DNA of 64,000 bases from contig OW818651.1 in the NCBI GenBank assembly GCA_942492885.1, positions 66,181 through 130,180 on the forward strand, given 5' to 3'. A program made the translations under genes and the position numbers. The DNA comes from an uncultured Eubacteriales bacterium. GTDB lineage: Bacteria > Bacillota > Clostridia > Christensenellales > CAG-138. This document shows positions 1-10,211 of this stretch, one piece after another. Below the pieces are notes generated by a model. It was not told where the DNA came from. It did no database searches and saw only the letters and a program-made list of their open reading frames with translations. Numbering within the stretch: the first letter of the stretch is position 1; each line of letters starts with the position of its first letter.

Positions 1-209
1 GTCTTGCGTTGGCCATCATAAGGGTCAACGATTTTGAAGAGCAGGGCGACCGCCTCTATTGCGCGGCGATGCGCAGACTCTATTGCGAAAACGCAGAGTC
101 TCTGGAGCGCATCACCTGGACGAAGCTGTTTGACTGGATGGAAGCCTGCTGCGACGCCTGCGAAGACGTCATGGAGAGCGTCGAGCTTGTGGTCATGAAA
201 AACAGCTGA
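1..209 (+). CDS. 3' end of a DUF47/PhoU-like (YkaA-type) putative phosphate-transport regulator; start lies upstream of the window
   Basis: Frame is open from the window edge to TGA at 207-209. The C-terminal pattern EACCDACEDVMESVELVVMKNS resembles the conserved DUF47 C-terminus. A hairpin terminator follows. Confidence 0.45.
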   Translation, partial: LALAIIRVNDFEEQGDRLYCAAMRRLYCENAESLERITWTKLFDWMEACCDACEDVMESVELVVMKNS

Positions 210-227
210 GCGCAAGTAAGCAAAAAA

Positions 228-262
228 AGAGCCCGAACGGTTTTCACCGCGCGGGCTTTTTT
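228..262. terminator. Bidirectional intrinsic terminator between convergent genes
   Basis: Stem agcccg (230-235) pairs with cgggct (252-257). It is flanked by an A-run upstream and a T-run downstream. Confidence 0.6.
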
Positions 263-293
263 GATTGGATGATGATTCAGGTTAACGCAAGTG

Positions 294-1646
294 CTAGTTA
301 AACGATGAGAGCAGTTGCTCCACGGTCTTCTCCAGATACATCCCGCGGGAGGCTTTCACGAGGATCACATCGCCATCATGCACAAGAGCGGGCAACGCGA
401 GCAGCAGCTCGTCCTGCGTTTCAAAATAATGCGCGCGACCCGGCGCAACCGCTTCCGCACCGGAAAACATCTGCCGGCTCACTTTGCCGACGCAGAGGAT
501 GCACTCCAAGCCAAGCGAAGCGACATAGCGACCCACGTCTTCGTGCATTATCACTCCGGCATCGCCGAGTTCCCGCATGTCGCCGAGTATGGCGACGCGT
601 CTGCCGGAGCACTTGACCAGCACGTCGAGCGACGCCTTCATCGAGGTCGGGTTCGCGTTGTATGTGTCGTCTATGACGGTATAGCGATCGAGTTCGTGGA
701 CATTCATCCGCCCGTGTAGCGGTTGATACGTCTCGATACCGGCGGCGATTTCTTGTAGCTCCATGCCGAGCAGAAGCCCGGCGGATACCGCCGCAAGTGC
801 GTTATAGACCGAATGCACGCCCAACGCGGGCACATGCATGCGACATTGCCCGCCTTGATAGTTTGCCGTGAAGTTCATGCCGCGCAGGATCAGGTCGTCC
901 AATTGTGTGCCGCGCACGGCGCATGCTTCACCGAGGCCATAGAGAAGCGCGTCCGGAATCGTGCAGAGCATGTCGTCGTCACCATTGGCGATGATGCGGC
1001 CGCCCGCGCGCATAAAAGGTAGCATCTCGGTTTTGCCCTGAAAGATACCTTCCCGCGTGCCGAAGTTTTCGATATGCGCCAAGCCAATGTTGGTAAACAG
1101 GCAATAGTCCGGCTGCACAAACGCGGCGATGCGCCCGATCTCACCGAAATGGTTGGTGCCCAGTTCAACCACCGCGACTTCATGCGCTTCTTCCAGCGAA
1201 AAGATCGTCAACGCGGCTCCTGTTTCGTTGTTGAGGTTGCCCTGCGTCTTCATCACATTGAATTTCGTGGAAAGCGCAGCGGCGACGATGTCCTTGGTCG
1301 AGGTTTTGCCCGCGCTGCCGGTGAGCCCGATCACGGGGATCGTGAACTTCTCGCGGTATCGCTTCGCGATGGCATGCATGGCGACGAGCGTGTCCGGCAC
1401 GAGGATATATGGTTCGCGCTCCAGCGCGCGGTCGGTGAGGACGAGTGACGCGCCTTTTTCACGCGCGGCGGGAATGAACTTGTGCCCGTCGTGCTTTTCG
1501 CCAATGATCGGAACAAACAGCGAACCCGGCTGCGCCAAGTCGCTGTTGATGACGACGCTGCGTACTGACTCGTTGAGCAGCGCGGGATTGCCGTAATATG
1601 CGCCGCCGCAGGCTGCGACGATTTCGGAAAACAGATACTGTTTCAT
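294..1646 (-). CDS. murF: UDP-N-acetylmuramoyl-tripeptide--D-alanyl-D-alanine ligase
   Basis: 450 aa with the Mur ligase ATP-binding motif GLTGSAGKTSTKD and a typical MurF N-terminus. The start overlaps the ddl stop (ATGA at 1643-1646). Confidence 0.9.
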   Translation of the reverse strand: MKQYLFSEIVAACGGAYYGNPALLNESVRSVVINSDLAQPGSLFVPIIGEKHDGHKFIPAAREKGASLVLTDRALEREPYILVPDTLVAMHAIAKRYREKFTIPVIGLTGSAGKTSTKDIVAAALSTKFNVMKTQGNLNNETGAALTIFSLEEAHEVAVVELGTNHFGEIGRIAAFVQPDYCLFTNIGLAHIENFGTREGIFQGKTEMLPFMRAGGRIIANGDDDMLCTIPDALLYGLGEACAVRGTQLDDLILRGMNFTANYQGGQCRMHVPALGVHSVYNALAAVSAGLLLGMELQEIAAGIETYQPLHGRMNVHELDRYTVIDDTYNANPTSMKASLDVLVKCSGRRVAILGDMRELGDAGVIMHEDVGRYVASLGLECILCVGKVSRQMFSGAEAVAPGRAHYFETQDELLLALPALVHDGDVILVKASRGMYLEKTVEQLLSSFN

Positions 1647-2698
1647 GCCTGTTCGTACCGCTTAAGCGAGAGGTTGACGATGGTTTCACACAATGCGGGA
1701 TAATCCAGCCCGTAGTGCTCCGCTTCCTGCGGGAGCAGACTCGTCGGCGTCATGCCGGGCAGCGTGTTTGCCTCCAGGCAATACGCCTTGCCGTCTTGCG
1801 TGAGCAGGAAGTCGATGCGGGCGTAAACGCCGAGCTTGAGCGCGCGAAATGCCCGCGTCGCCAGCACCTGCACCTGCTGAGTAAGTTCAGGTGAGATGCG
1901 CGCGGGGACGATTTCGTCTGTCCAGCCCTTTTGATATTTATGCTGATAGTCGTAAAAGCCGTGCTTGGGGACGATCTCGATCAGCGGGAGGGCTACGCAG
2001 TCCTCACTGTTACCCAGAACGCCAGCGGAAAGCTCCATACCGGAAACAAACTCTTCTACGATCAGTTCGTCTTCAAACGCAAACCCGGCCTCGATGGCGG
2101 GTGCAAGCTCCGCGCGCTCGCGCACGATGATCACGCCGATGCTCGAGCCGCCGCTGTTGGGCTTGACCACGCAGGGGACGGGGAAGTTCGCCGCGTCAAA
2201 GGCAATGCCCTTGCGCGCAACCGCCCAATTTGCCGTGAGGATGCCCTCGCTGCGCAGGAGCGATTTGCTGACGGCTTTGTCCATCGCCAGCGCACAGCCG
2301 ATTGACGGGCTGCCGGTGTGTTTGACCCCGCAGAGATCGAAAAACGACTGCAAGCTTCCGTTTTCGCCGACGCCGCCATGCAGCGCCAGAAACGCGAGAT
2401 CCGCCGCGCGGCAGAGCTCCAGCACGCCGTTGCCGATCTCTTCCGAAAAACCGGAGCTTCTCATGGCGCGTACCTGCGCCAAGTCCGGCGCTTCTTGGGG
2501 CACCTGAAAGGGCGGTAGCATGCCGCTGACGGCAAATGCCTGATCAACAGGATCGGGCAGCTGATCCACGCCAAAGAAAAGATCGACTAAAATGGCGTTG
2601 TGCCCTTTTTTGCGCAGGGCGTTGGTCACCATGGTTCCGGTAGAAAGAGAAACGTCGCGTTCCGGCGAGAGGCCGCCCGCGAGTACGACTATGTTCAT
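1643..2698 (-). CDS. ddl: D-alanine--D-alanine ligase
   Basis: ATP-grasp Ddl sequence beginning MNIVVLAGGLSPERDVSLSTG. The start at 2698 is preferred over the track start 2791 because GGAAAGGA lies just upstream. The gene is translationally coupled to murF. Confidence 0.9.
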   Translation of the reverse strand: MNIVVLAGGLSPERDVSLSTGTMVTNALRKKGHNAILVDLFFGVDQLPDPVDQAFAVSGMLPPFQVPQEAPDLAQVRAMRSSGFSEEIGNGVLELCRAADLAFLALHGGVGENGSLQSFFDLCGVKHTGSPSIGCALAMDKAVSKSLLRSEGILTANWAVARKGIAFDAANFPVPCVVKPNSGGSSIGVIIVRERAELAPAIEAGFAFEDELIVEEFVSGMELSAGVLGNSEDCVALPLIEIVPKHGFYDYQHKYQKGWTDEIVPARISPELTQQVQVLATRAFRALKLGVYARIDFLLTQDGKAYCLEANTLPGMTPTSLLPQEAEHYGLDYPALCETIVNLSLKRYEQA

Positions 2699-3010
2699 AT
2701 GCGGTATCCTTTCCGATGTGAGAATCGGTGCGTCAAACGGTGCTTCCCGTGTTCCGGCAAAACCGTTCTTATGTTTATACCATGATTTCACGATGAATTC
2801 AAGAGAAGGGGAAGTGTTTCAACAGTTCTGTCACATGAAAATCGAAGATTCATTCTATTACACAAAATCAAAATCGCTGATGTGTCTATGCAAAAAAAAC
2901 GATGATCAGACGCTGAATGACCGATCAGACATAGCTTTCAGCTTGATGCCGTTTTGATGAAACACAAAAAAAGTCTGGGCAATCGAAAAACGACGTATTA
3001 TAATAACCAT

Positions 3011-4774
3011 ATGAGAGTACGTGTAACAAAACAGATGTTGCTTTCCTTTGCGCTTGTAGCGGTGTTTTCCCTTTCGGCTTGCGCAGCAGAAAGTGGCGCA
3101 ATCACGTCGTCGTCCGCCGGCGGCACCGTTGCGCCCGCTACATATGAAGAACCCGCATTGCCGGATATTTCGCATGAGGATGTAACACTCGCGGCGATGA
3201 CGTATGAGCGCCCGGACATCGACGGCATGCTCGCCGCGATGGAGGACCTGCAAAGCGGAATCAAGCGCGGCAAAGACGCCGAAGAGATGATCGCAAGCTA
3301 TCAGGTGCTGCAAGCGCAATACAGCCACGCGGACTCAATGCTTTCGCTGGTCTATCTGCTCTATGCGTTTGACGTTACAAACGATTTTTATCGGGACGAG
3401 TATGCCTATCTGCAATCCGCGCTCTCCGAGATGGATGCGCAGATGCAGGCAGTTTCTGCCGCGCTGTTTGAATCCTCCGGCTTGGCGCAGCAACTCGCGC
3501 GGGAATCCTTCGGCGAAGGCTATGTGGACGCGATCATCGGCGATCATCTCTACGACGACGCATCGATTCAGGATCTGTTGGACAGCGAGGAGCTGCTCAC
3601 GCTGGAGTACGACAACCTGAGCGCGACGTTTACGCTCCTCGACAACGGCAATCGCTGGTCTTATGCGGACATCATGAACGATGTTTCGCTCAGCAGCGAG
3701 GAATATTATCGCCTCTATGATGCCTACTGCGCCGCACTCAACGAGCAGGCAGGCCCGATCTTTTTAGAGCAGGTGGCAATCCGCACCGAGATCGCAACCC
3801 GACTTGGCTATGCGGACTATGCTACCTATTGTTATGACACCTACGGCAGAGACTATTCGCCAGAGGACGCAAGAACGCTCCACACTGCGGTGAAACAATA
3901 CATCGCGCCGGTTTTCATTCAGGCGAGTGAACGCAATGACACGTCCGATCTGGGTGCGGCCTATTTTGAGGAGGATGCATTCTTCAGCGCGCTCTCTTCC
4001 TCGGCCAATGCATTTTCGCCGCTTTTGAGCGAACCCGTCACTTATATGCTACAAAACCGGCTCTACGACGTAAGCGAGAGCAATGTAAAGATGGACACGA
4101 GCTTTACCACCTACATCGCGGACTATCGCGCGCCGTTCATCTTCTCCGCGTGGAACGGATATGCGGACGACATCACGACCATACTGCACGAGCTAGGACA
4201 CTTTACAAACTACTACCACAACGCTGTGGTGGGTTATTCCGCAGGGGACAGCCTCGATCTTGCCGAGGTGGACGCGCAGGCGCTGGTGCTGCTGCTGTTT
4301 GACGATTATGAGCGCTTTTATGGCGATCTTGCGACTCAGGCGCGCTCTGCCGCGTTGATTGACGCGATGTATGCGCTGCTCTCCGGCTGTATGGAGGACG
4401 AGTTTCAGCAGGATGTCTACGAAAACCCGGACATGACGCTCTCCGAGATGAACGCGCTCTATGCGAAACTTGCAGATGAATATGGCCTGCAGGATGTCTA
4501 CGGGTATCAAGGAACCGAATGGGTGCTGATCTCGCACACCTTCCAAACGCCGATGTACTACATCAGCTATGCTGCGAGCATGGTGCCCGCGCTGGAGCTC
4601 TTCGAGCTTGCCCAGCGCGACGCAGGCGCGGCAAAAGCCGCGTATTTCAACATCATCACGCGCAAATCGTATGAATCCCTAGGCGATGTGCTGACACAAA
4701 ACGGGCTCGATCCTGTGTTCTCCGAGGGTACGATTTCGCGTATCGCGGAGATCCTCAAGGCGTATACCAACTAG
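3011..4774 (+). CDS. M3-family (oligoendopeptidase F-like) zinc metallopeptidase, predicted lipoprotein
   Basis: HEXXH motif (ILHELGHFTNYY). Signal peptide with lipobox: MRVRVTKQMLLSFALVAVFSLSAC. The track ORF starts at 2954 (TTG/ATG); 3011 is favoured by the signal-peptide geometry but remains uncertain. Confidence 0.7.
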   Translation: MRVRVTKQMLLSFALVAVFSLSACAAESGAITSSSAGGTVAPATYEEPALPDISHEDVTLAAMTYERPDIDGMLAAMEDLQSGIKRGKDAEEMIASYQVLQAQYSHADSMLSLVYLLYAFDVTNDFYRDEYAYLQSALSEMDAQMQAVSAALFESSGLAQQLARESFGEGYVDAIIGDHLYDDASIQDLLDSEELLTLEYDNLSATFTLLDNGNRWSYADIMNDVSLSSEEYYRLYDAYCAALNEQAGPIFLEQVAIRTEIATRLGYADYATYCYDTYGRDYSPEDARTLHTAVKQYIAPVFIQASERNDTSDLGAAYFEEDAFFSALSSSANAFSPLLSEPVTYMLQNRLYDVSESNVKMDTSFTTYIADYRAPFIFSAWNGYADDITTILHELGHFTNYYHNAVVGYSAGDSLDLAEVDAQALVLLLFDDYERFYGDLATQARSAALIDAMYALLSGCMEDEFQQDVYENPDMTLSEMNALYAKLADEYGLQDVYGYQGTEWVLISHTFQTPMYYISYAASMVPALELFELAQRDAGAAKAAYFNIITRKSYESLGDVLTQNGLDPVFSEGTISRIAEILKAYTN

Positions 4775-4804
4775 AGCGATGTTGCCAAACAACGCAAGAT
4801 TCTC

Positions 4805-4834
4805 AAAAGCGCGAAGAGATTTCGCGCTTTTTTG
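4805..4834 (+). terminator. Intrinsic terminator after the M3 peptidase gene
   Basis: Stem agcgcgaa pairs with ttcgcgct, followed by a T-run (4828-4833). Confidence 0.65.
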
Positions 4835-4986
4835 CGCATTAGTGCGTAGAAAAATAGCTGTCATGCGAAATAAATATGGACTTTTGTACAATAATTTAGG
4901 GTATAATACCAGAGAGGATCGTACTGAACTGCTTAACAATGCACTAAAAGTACAGAAATCGGGGTGCAACCCGTGGGTAACAGCAG

Positions 4987-5008
4987 ATTCCCGGTAAATT
5001 CCCGGTAA
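4987..5008 (+). repeat. Perfect tandem duplication attcccggtaa x2 in the glgP upstream region
   Basis: Read directly: 4987-4997 and 4998-5008 are identical 11-mers. Confidence 0.9.
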
Positions 5009-5120
5009 AAAGCCCGTATTTCGGCACTTTTTGAAAAAAGATCGATCCGGCACGCGTCTTTTCATCCGAAATAAAGTGTGCTATACTAGGACGCGATGCA
5101 AAAAAGTGAGGTTAAATTTA

Positions 5121-7490
5121 GTGAAAATTGATCACATCATGGAGAGCATAGAGATTGCGCTCAAGCAGAATCATCAGGTGTCGTTTCTGGACGCAACGAC
5201 CGCGCAGCTGCATGATGCATTGTCCGGCGTGGTGATGGCCGCAATTGCAGAAAGCTGGTACGAGAGCCGCCATGCGCATGAGCGTGTGCGCGAAGCGTAC
5301 TATTTCAGCGCGGAATACCTCGTTGGCAGAACGGTATACAACAATCTGTTTGTGCTTGGCATGCTCGACGAAGTCAAGCGCGAGTTTGAGTCCCGCGGTG
5401 CGGATATTGCGATGTTTGAAGACATCGAGGATGCGGCGCTCGGCAACGGCGGCCTTGGTCGCCTCGCTGCGTGCTTCCTCGACTCCGCAGCCTCGGAAAA
5501 CCTGCCGCTGGACGGCTACGGCATCCGCTATAAATACGGCCTGTTCAAGCAGTCCTTCAGCGACGGCTTTCAGGTGGAGACCGCGGACGACTGGCAGCGC
5601 TTTGGAGATCCCTGGAGCCGCAAGCGCGAGACGCATGAAATGCTCGTGCGCTTTGCGGATATGACCGTGCGCGCGGTGGCATACGACATGCCGATTCTAG
5701 GATACAATACCGACAACATCGGCACGCTTCGCCTCTGGCAGAGCGAGGCCGTTTCGGACTTTGACTTCAAGCTCTTCAATGATCAGGAATATTCGCTTGC
5801 GGTGCTGGAAAAGAACGCGGTAGAGGATATCACCCGCGTGCTGTATCCCAACGACTCGACCGAGGCGGGCAAAAAACTGCGCCTCAAGCAGCAGTATTTC
5901 CTCTCCAGCGCGAGCCTGCAGGATATCATCTTCCGCTTCAAGCGCGAGAACCGCCCGATCGACAGCTTTGCCGAGCATGTGGCGATTCAGCTCAACGACA
6001 CGCACCCGACCGTGAGCATACCGGAACTCATCCGCCTGCTCATGAAAGAGGGCATTCCTTTTGACCGCGCGTTTGACATTGCGGCAAAGACGTTTTCCTA
6101 TACCAACCACACCGTCATGGCTGAGGCGCTGGAAAAATGGGATGTCAACCTGTTTAAATCCGTGCTGCCGGAAGTCTTTGACATCGTCTATCAGATCAAC
6201 GCGAAACTCTGCGGCGAGCTGATGGCGCGCAAGTTTGACTGCTCGCGGATGTCTATCATTCAGGGCAAGCTCATCCATATGGCAAACCTTGCGGTGTATT
6301 GCTCGCGCTATGTCAACGGCGTTGCCGCGCTGCATACCGAGATCCTCAAAAACGACGTGCTCAAGGAGTGGTACAACGCATTTCCGGGGAAATTTCAAAA
6401 CAAGACCAACGGCATTACCCAGCGTCGCTGGCTTGGGCTTTGCAATCCGGAATTGTGCGACTATCTTGATTCCCGCATCGGAGCCGGGTATCTATCCGAT
6501 CTGGAGCAGATCGCTAAGCTCAAAGAGAATCTGTCCGAGCGCGACATTGAGCAGTTCAACGAGGTCAAGCGCATTAAAAAGCAGCAGCTCAGCCGCTTGA
6601 TTCAGGAGCGCGAGGGCATCCATCTGCCGCCGGACTTCCTATTCGACGTGCAGGTCAAGCGCATGCATGAGTATAAGCGTCAGCTGCTCAACGCGTTTGG
6701 CATTCTGGACACCTATTTCGGCATCAAGGACGGGCGGATCAAGGACTTTACGCCTACAGCCTATATCTTCGGCGCGAAAGCCGCGCCGGGCTACATCCGC
6801 GCAAAGGCGATCATCAAGTACATCAACGAGCTGGGCAAGATGATCAACTCCGATCCTGACATGGCGGACAAGATGCGCGTGGTGTTCGTGCAGAACTACA
6901 ACTGTTCCTATGCCGAGCACATTATCCCTGCGGCGGACGTCTCCGAACAGATTTCGCCCGCGGGCACGGAAGCCAGCGGCACGGGCAACATGAAGCTCAT
7001 GCTCAACGGCGCGGTCACGCTTGGCACATTTGACGGCGCAAACGTGGAGATCGTCGAGCAGGCAGGGCTGGAGAACAACTATATCTTCGGCGCGAGTGTC
7101 AAGGAGCTCAACGAGCTCAAGCCGCACTATAACCCCAAGGCGATCTATGATTATGAGCCGCGCGTGCGGCGCGTGGTGGATTCGCTCATCGACGGCACAC
7201 TCAGCGACGACAACAGCGGCGCGTTTGCCGACCTGCACCGTTCGCTGCTGTTTGGCAACGATTGGTCCAAGCCGGATCAGTATTTCGTCCTGCAGGAGCT
7301 CATGGCGTTTTGCCAGCGGCGCGAGGATGTCAATTGCGACTATCGCGACCGGATCGCGTTTGGCAGAAAGTGCCTGATGAACGTCGCGAGCAGCGCAAAG
7401 TTCAGCTCCGACCGGACGATTCGCGAATACGCCAAGGACATCTGGCATATTGAGCCGATCACGCCGCCGGAAAGCACCAAGCTGTTTTAA
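5121..7490 (+). CDS. glgP: Alpha-glucan (glycogen/maltodextrin) phosphorylase
   Basis: GT35 phosphorylase with the PLP-lysine region EASGTGNMKLMLNGA. A GTG start at 5121 is preceded by GTGAGG. ATG at 5139 is an alternative, and the track start 5031 is probably too far upstream. Confidence 0.9.
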   Translation: MKIDHIMESIEIALKQNHQVSFLDATTAQLHDALSGVVMAAIAESWYESRHAHERVREAYYFSAEYLVGRTVYNNLFVLGMLDEVKREFESRGADIAMFEDIEDAALGNGGLGRLAACFLDSAASENLPLDGYGIRYKYGLFKQSFSDGFQVETADDWQRFGDPWSRKRETHEMLVRFADMTVRAVAYDMPILGYNTDNIGTLRLWQSEAVSDFDFKLFNDQEYSLAVLEKNAVEDITRVLYPNDSTEAGKKLRLKQQYFLSSASLQDIIFRFKRENRPIDSFAEHVAIQLNDTHPTVSIPELIRLLMKEGIPFDRAFDIAAKTFSYTNHTVMAEALEKWDVNLFKSVLPEVFDIVYQINAKLCGELMARKFDCSRMSIIQGKLIHMANLAVYCSRYVNGVAALHTEILKNDVLKEWYNAFPGKFQNKTNGITQRRWLGLCNPELCDYLDSRIGAGYLSDLEQIAKLKENLSERDIEQFNEVKRIKKQQLSRLIQEREGIHLPPDFLFDVQVKRMHEYKRQLLNAFGILDTYFGIKDGRIKDFTPTAYIFGAKAAPGYIRAKAIIKYINELGKMINSDPDMADKMRVVFVQNYNCSYAEHIIPAADVSEQISPAGTEASGTGNMKLMLNGAVTLGTFDGANVEIVEQAGLENNYIFGASVKELNELKPHYNPKAIYDYEPRVRRVVDSLIDGTLSDDNSGAFADLHRSLLFGNDWSKPDQYFVLQELMAFCQRREDVNCDYRDRIAFGRKCLMNVASSAKFSSDRTIREYAKDIWHIEPITPPESTKLF

Positions 7491-7519
7491 TTTAGCAAAT
7501 CAAGCAAAAACATAAAAGA

Positions 7520-7548
7520 GAAGCAGGAGTGAATCCTGCTTCTTTTTG
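7520..7548 (+). terminator. Intrinsic terminator after glgP
   Basis: Stem gaagcagga pairs with tcctgcttc, followed by TTTTT. Confidence 0.75.
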
Positions 7549-7592
7549 CTTGTCTGTCTATTCAGTTGCTTTTTTCTATAATTCTTCACACG

Positions 7593-8450
7593 CTATTTTT
7601 TCTGCGCGAGAACCTCTGCGCTGGCTTGTGCGCCAAGACTGGCGCATTCTTCCGTCGAGAGCCCCTGCACACAGCCGTGCACCATCGCTGCGCCCATCGC
7701 GTCGCCCGCGCCGGCGGCGTCCTGCACGGCTCGCGCCTCGGCCGGAACCACGCCGCAACCTTCCGCATCCGCCCAGTAGACGCCCTCCTCGGCAAGGTCG
7801 ATGAATACGCGTTTCACACCCTGCTCCAAGAACCAGTCGGAAGCGCGGTAGATGCCGCGCAAGGTGTCGCAGGATTTGCCGGAGAGGAAACCCGCCTCAA
7901 ACCGGTTGGGCTTGATGGCGAAGCATTTGCCGATGCTACCGCCGATGCGCTTTGCCTTTGAACAACTCACCGGATCGTAAAACAGGGGAGCAGTCACGTT
8001 CTCGCAAAGATAGGTCAGCGATTCCGGCGAAAGATTGCCGTCTATGACGCACATATTGGATCGATTGATCTGTTCCAGCAGCGCGGAGAGATACTCCGGC
8101 GTGAGGTGATCCAGCACGGACATATCGCTGATGCCGACGAGCATGTCTCCATCTTCGTCAAAAATGCCGATATACGTACCCGTGTGCTCGGTGCCGATAT
8201 AGGTATGCGCGAGGGAAACATTCGCCTTGCGGCAGCTTTCGCGCACCATGCCCGCGTGAAACCCGGAGCCGATGGCGGTGACCAGCTGCGTTTCGTAGCC
8301 GAGCGCGGAGAGCCGCTTTGCGATGTTGTGCCCAACGCCGCCGACGCGGATGCCCACGCGGCCGAGGTTGCTGTCCCGCTCGCGGCAGATGCTGTCCGGC
8401 TTTCCTGTGATGTCGATGGCAGCGCCACCGATGATGTAGATGGTATCCAT
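7593..8450 (-). CDS. PfkB-family carbohydrate/nucleoside kinase (pseudouridine-kinase-like)
   Basis: Ribokinase-fold sequence with MDTIYIIGGAAIDI at the N-terminus and the C-terminal DAAGAGDAMGAAMV anion-hole motif. GGAGGA lies 5 nt upstream of ATG 8450. Confidence 0.7.
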   Translation of the reverse strand: MDTIYIIGGAAIDITGKPDSICRERDSNLGRVGIRVGGVGHNIAKRLSALGYETQLVTAIGSGFHAGMVRESCRKANVSLAHTYIGTEHTGTYIGIFDEDGDMLVGISDMSVLDHLTPEYLSALLEQINRSNMCVIDGNLSPESLTYLCENVTAPLFYDPVSCSKAKRIGGSIGKCFAIKPNRFEAGFLSGKSCDTLRGIYRASDWFLEQGVKRVFIDLAEEGVYWADAEGCGVVPAEARAVQDAAGAGDAMGAAMVHGCVQGLSTEECASLGAQASAEVLAQKK

Positions 8451-8538
8451 ATGTTCCTCCATAGAATGAGAGAGGGGGAATCCGTAATTGTGCATACGGT
8501 AGAGCGATATATTCGAATGAAAGCGGGGGATTCCGCCG

Positions 8539-10095
8539 TTATGCCTGCGGCAGAGCGATTTCCTTGCCGCCGATGAATATTTTTTCGATGCCTTGGCTCA
8601 GGCTGCTGCCGTTTTGGTACGTTGCCGTGTCCTGAAACTTGTCCAGATCGATCAAGAGTGCATCCGCGTCCATGCCGTCCCAGATGCGCCCTTTTTGCGA
8701 CAGCCCCAGAAACGCCGCCGCCTGCCCGCTCATCTTGTAGATCATCGCTTCCGGCGAGAGCAGCTTCTTTTGCCGCACCAGCAGATCATAGGCGCGCGCG
8801 GTGCTGCCAAAGGCGCGGGGATGCGGGTTTTCGCCCGATTTGCCGATCAGCCCGTCGGTGCCGAGCACGCAAAGAGGATGGGTCAGGATATCGCAAACAT
8901 CGTTTTCGTTCATGTGAAAATAGATGCCGAGGCCGAGTCCGTTGTTTCGTATGAGTATATCACAAAACGCTTCAAACGGCTCCATACCGGCTTTCTCGGC
9001 ATATTCGGCGATGAACATACCTTCCGCGCGGTGGTCAATTGGGCAACTGGATACATACACGCCGCCAAAGCCGCCGCTGTTGTAGACATAGTTGTCATAA
9101 TCGCTCACGCGGCCTATCTCCTCGCGGATGATCTCACGCTCCGTTGCGCTTTGCAGCGCGGCTAGTAAGCCCCGCAACCCGCTTTCAAAATAGCGCGGTG
9201 GAATCGAAACGTTGAGTGATGTGCAACCGGCCGTATATGGATAACAGTCGATCATAGCGCGAAGGCCGTTTTCCACCGCTTTGTCGATCTGCCGGAGCAT
9301 CTCGCGCGGCTTACCCCAGTTTTGCCGACCTGCGGCTTTCATATGCGAGATGCAGAGCGGAACATTTGCCTCCTGCGCGAGCCGCATGCTCTCCGCGCGC
9401 GCTTCGATCACGCGATCACCTTCGTTTCGCGGGTGGTTGGCGTAGACGCCGCCCTCTTCGTGCAGCACGCGCAGGAGAGCGAGAATCTCTTCGTTGTCGG
9501 CATAACAGCTCGGTGCGTAGACCTGCCCGGTGGAGAGCCCCAGCGCGCCATCGCGGATACATTGGCGCAGCATGGCTTTCATGCGTTCTAACTCGCCCGC
9601 GTCCGGCTTACGGTTTGCGTAACCCATCGCCCAGAGGCGCAGTGTACCGTGACCGATGAAACATTTGGTTGTGATCGGGTTGTGCAGCGTTTCAACCCAA
9701 TCGTAGAACCCCTTTACGCTTGAAAGGCACGAAAGGTCCTGCGGCAGATCGGCATAGGGCGCAACGCCGGAGACGAAGCGAGGGAACTCGTCTGCGCCAA
9801 CGCCGCCCGAGGGGAACAGCGAAACGCCGCATTGTCCGGCGATCTGCGTGGTGATGCCCTGATTGAGCTTGCTCAGCGTCGCATACGGGCTGATGAGCGA
9901 TAAATCTCCATGCGAATGCGAGTCGATAAAACCCGGCACAAGCGCAAGCCCATGCGCATCAATTGTTCTCTGTGCCTGCGGCAGATCGTTCCCGCGAAAC
10001 ACGCGGATTTTGCCGGACGAAAAACCGACGCTGCCAAGGAAAGCGGGCGCGCTGGTGCCGTCGTAGACGGTGCAATTCTTAATCAGTGTGTCCAT
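8539..10095 (-). CDS. N-acyl-D-amino-acid deacylase (D-aminoacylase) family amidohydrolase
   Basis: 518 aa with the metal-binding signature PGFIDSHSHGD and overall D-aminoacylase-like layout. Confidence 0.75.
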   Translation of the reverse strand: MDTLIKNCTVYDGTSAPAFLGSVGFSSGKIRVFRGNDLPQAQRTIDAHGLALVPGFIDSHSHGDLSLISPYATLSKLNQGITTQIAGQCGVSLFPSGGVGADEFPRFVSGVAPYADLPQDLSCLSSVKGFYDWVETLHNPITTKCFIGHGTLRLWAMGYANRKPDAGELERMKAMLRQCIRDGALGLSTGQVYAPSCYADNEEILALLRVLHEEGGVYANHPRNEGDRVIEARAESMRLAQEANVPLCISHMKAAGRQNWGKPREMLRQIDKAVENGLRAMIDCYPYTAGCTSLNVSIPPRYFESGLRGLLAALQSATEREIIREEIGRVSDYDNYVYNSGGFGGVYVSSCPIDHRAEGMFIAEYAEKAGMEPFEAFCDILIRNNGLGLGIYFHMNENDVCDILTHPLCVLGTDGLIGKSGENPHPRAFGSTARAYDLLVRQKKLLSPEAMIYKMSGQAAAFLGLSQKGRIWDGMDADALLIDLDKFQDTATYQNGSSLSQGIEKIFIGGKEIALPQA

Positions 10096-10211
10096 ATTTG
10101 CCAGCTTCGTTTAAAAGTGATGGTGGAATCTCTTCCAGAATATGGGAAAGGGTTTGAGCGCGCGGACGAATCCGTGCCCAAACCCCAAATGAACCGTTGA
10201 TGAAGCGGAGT

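Noticed and set aside
4779-4997. 72-aa ORF in the glgP upstream region
   Set aside because: It starts inside the upstream terminator region with no SD sequence, has a basic low-complexity composition, and ends in the tandem 11-mer. It is more likely non-coding leader sequence.
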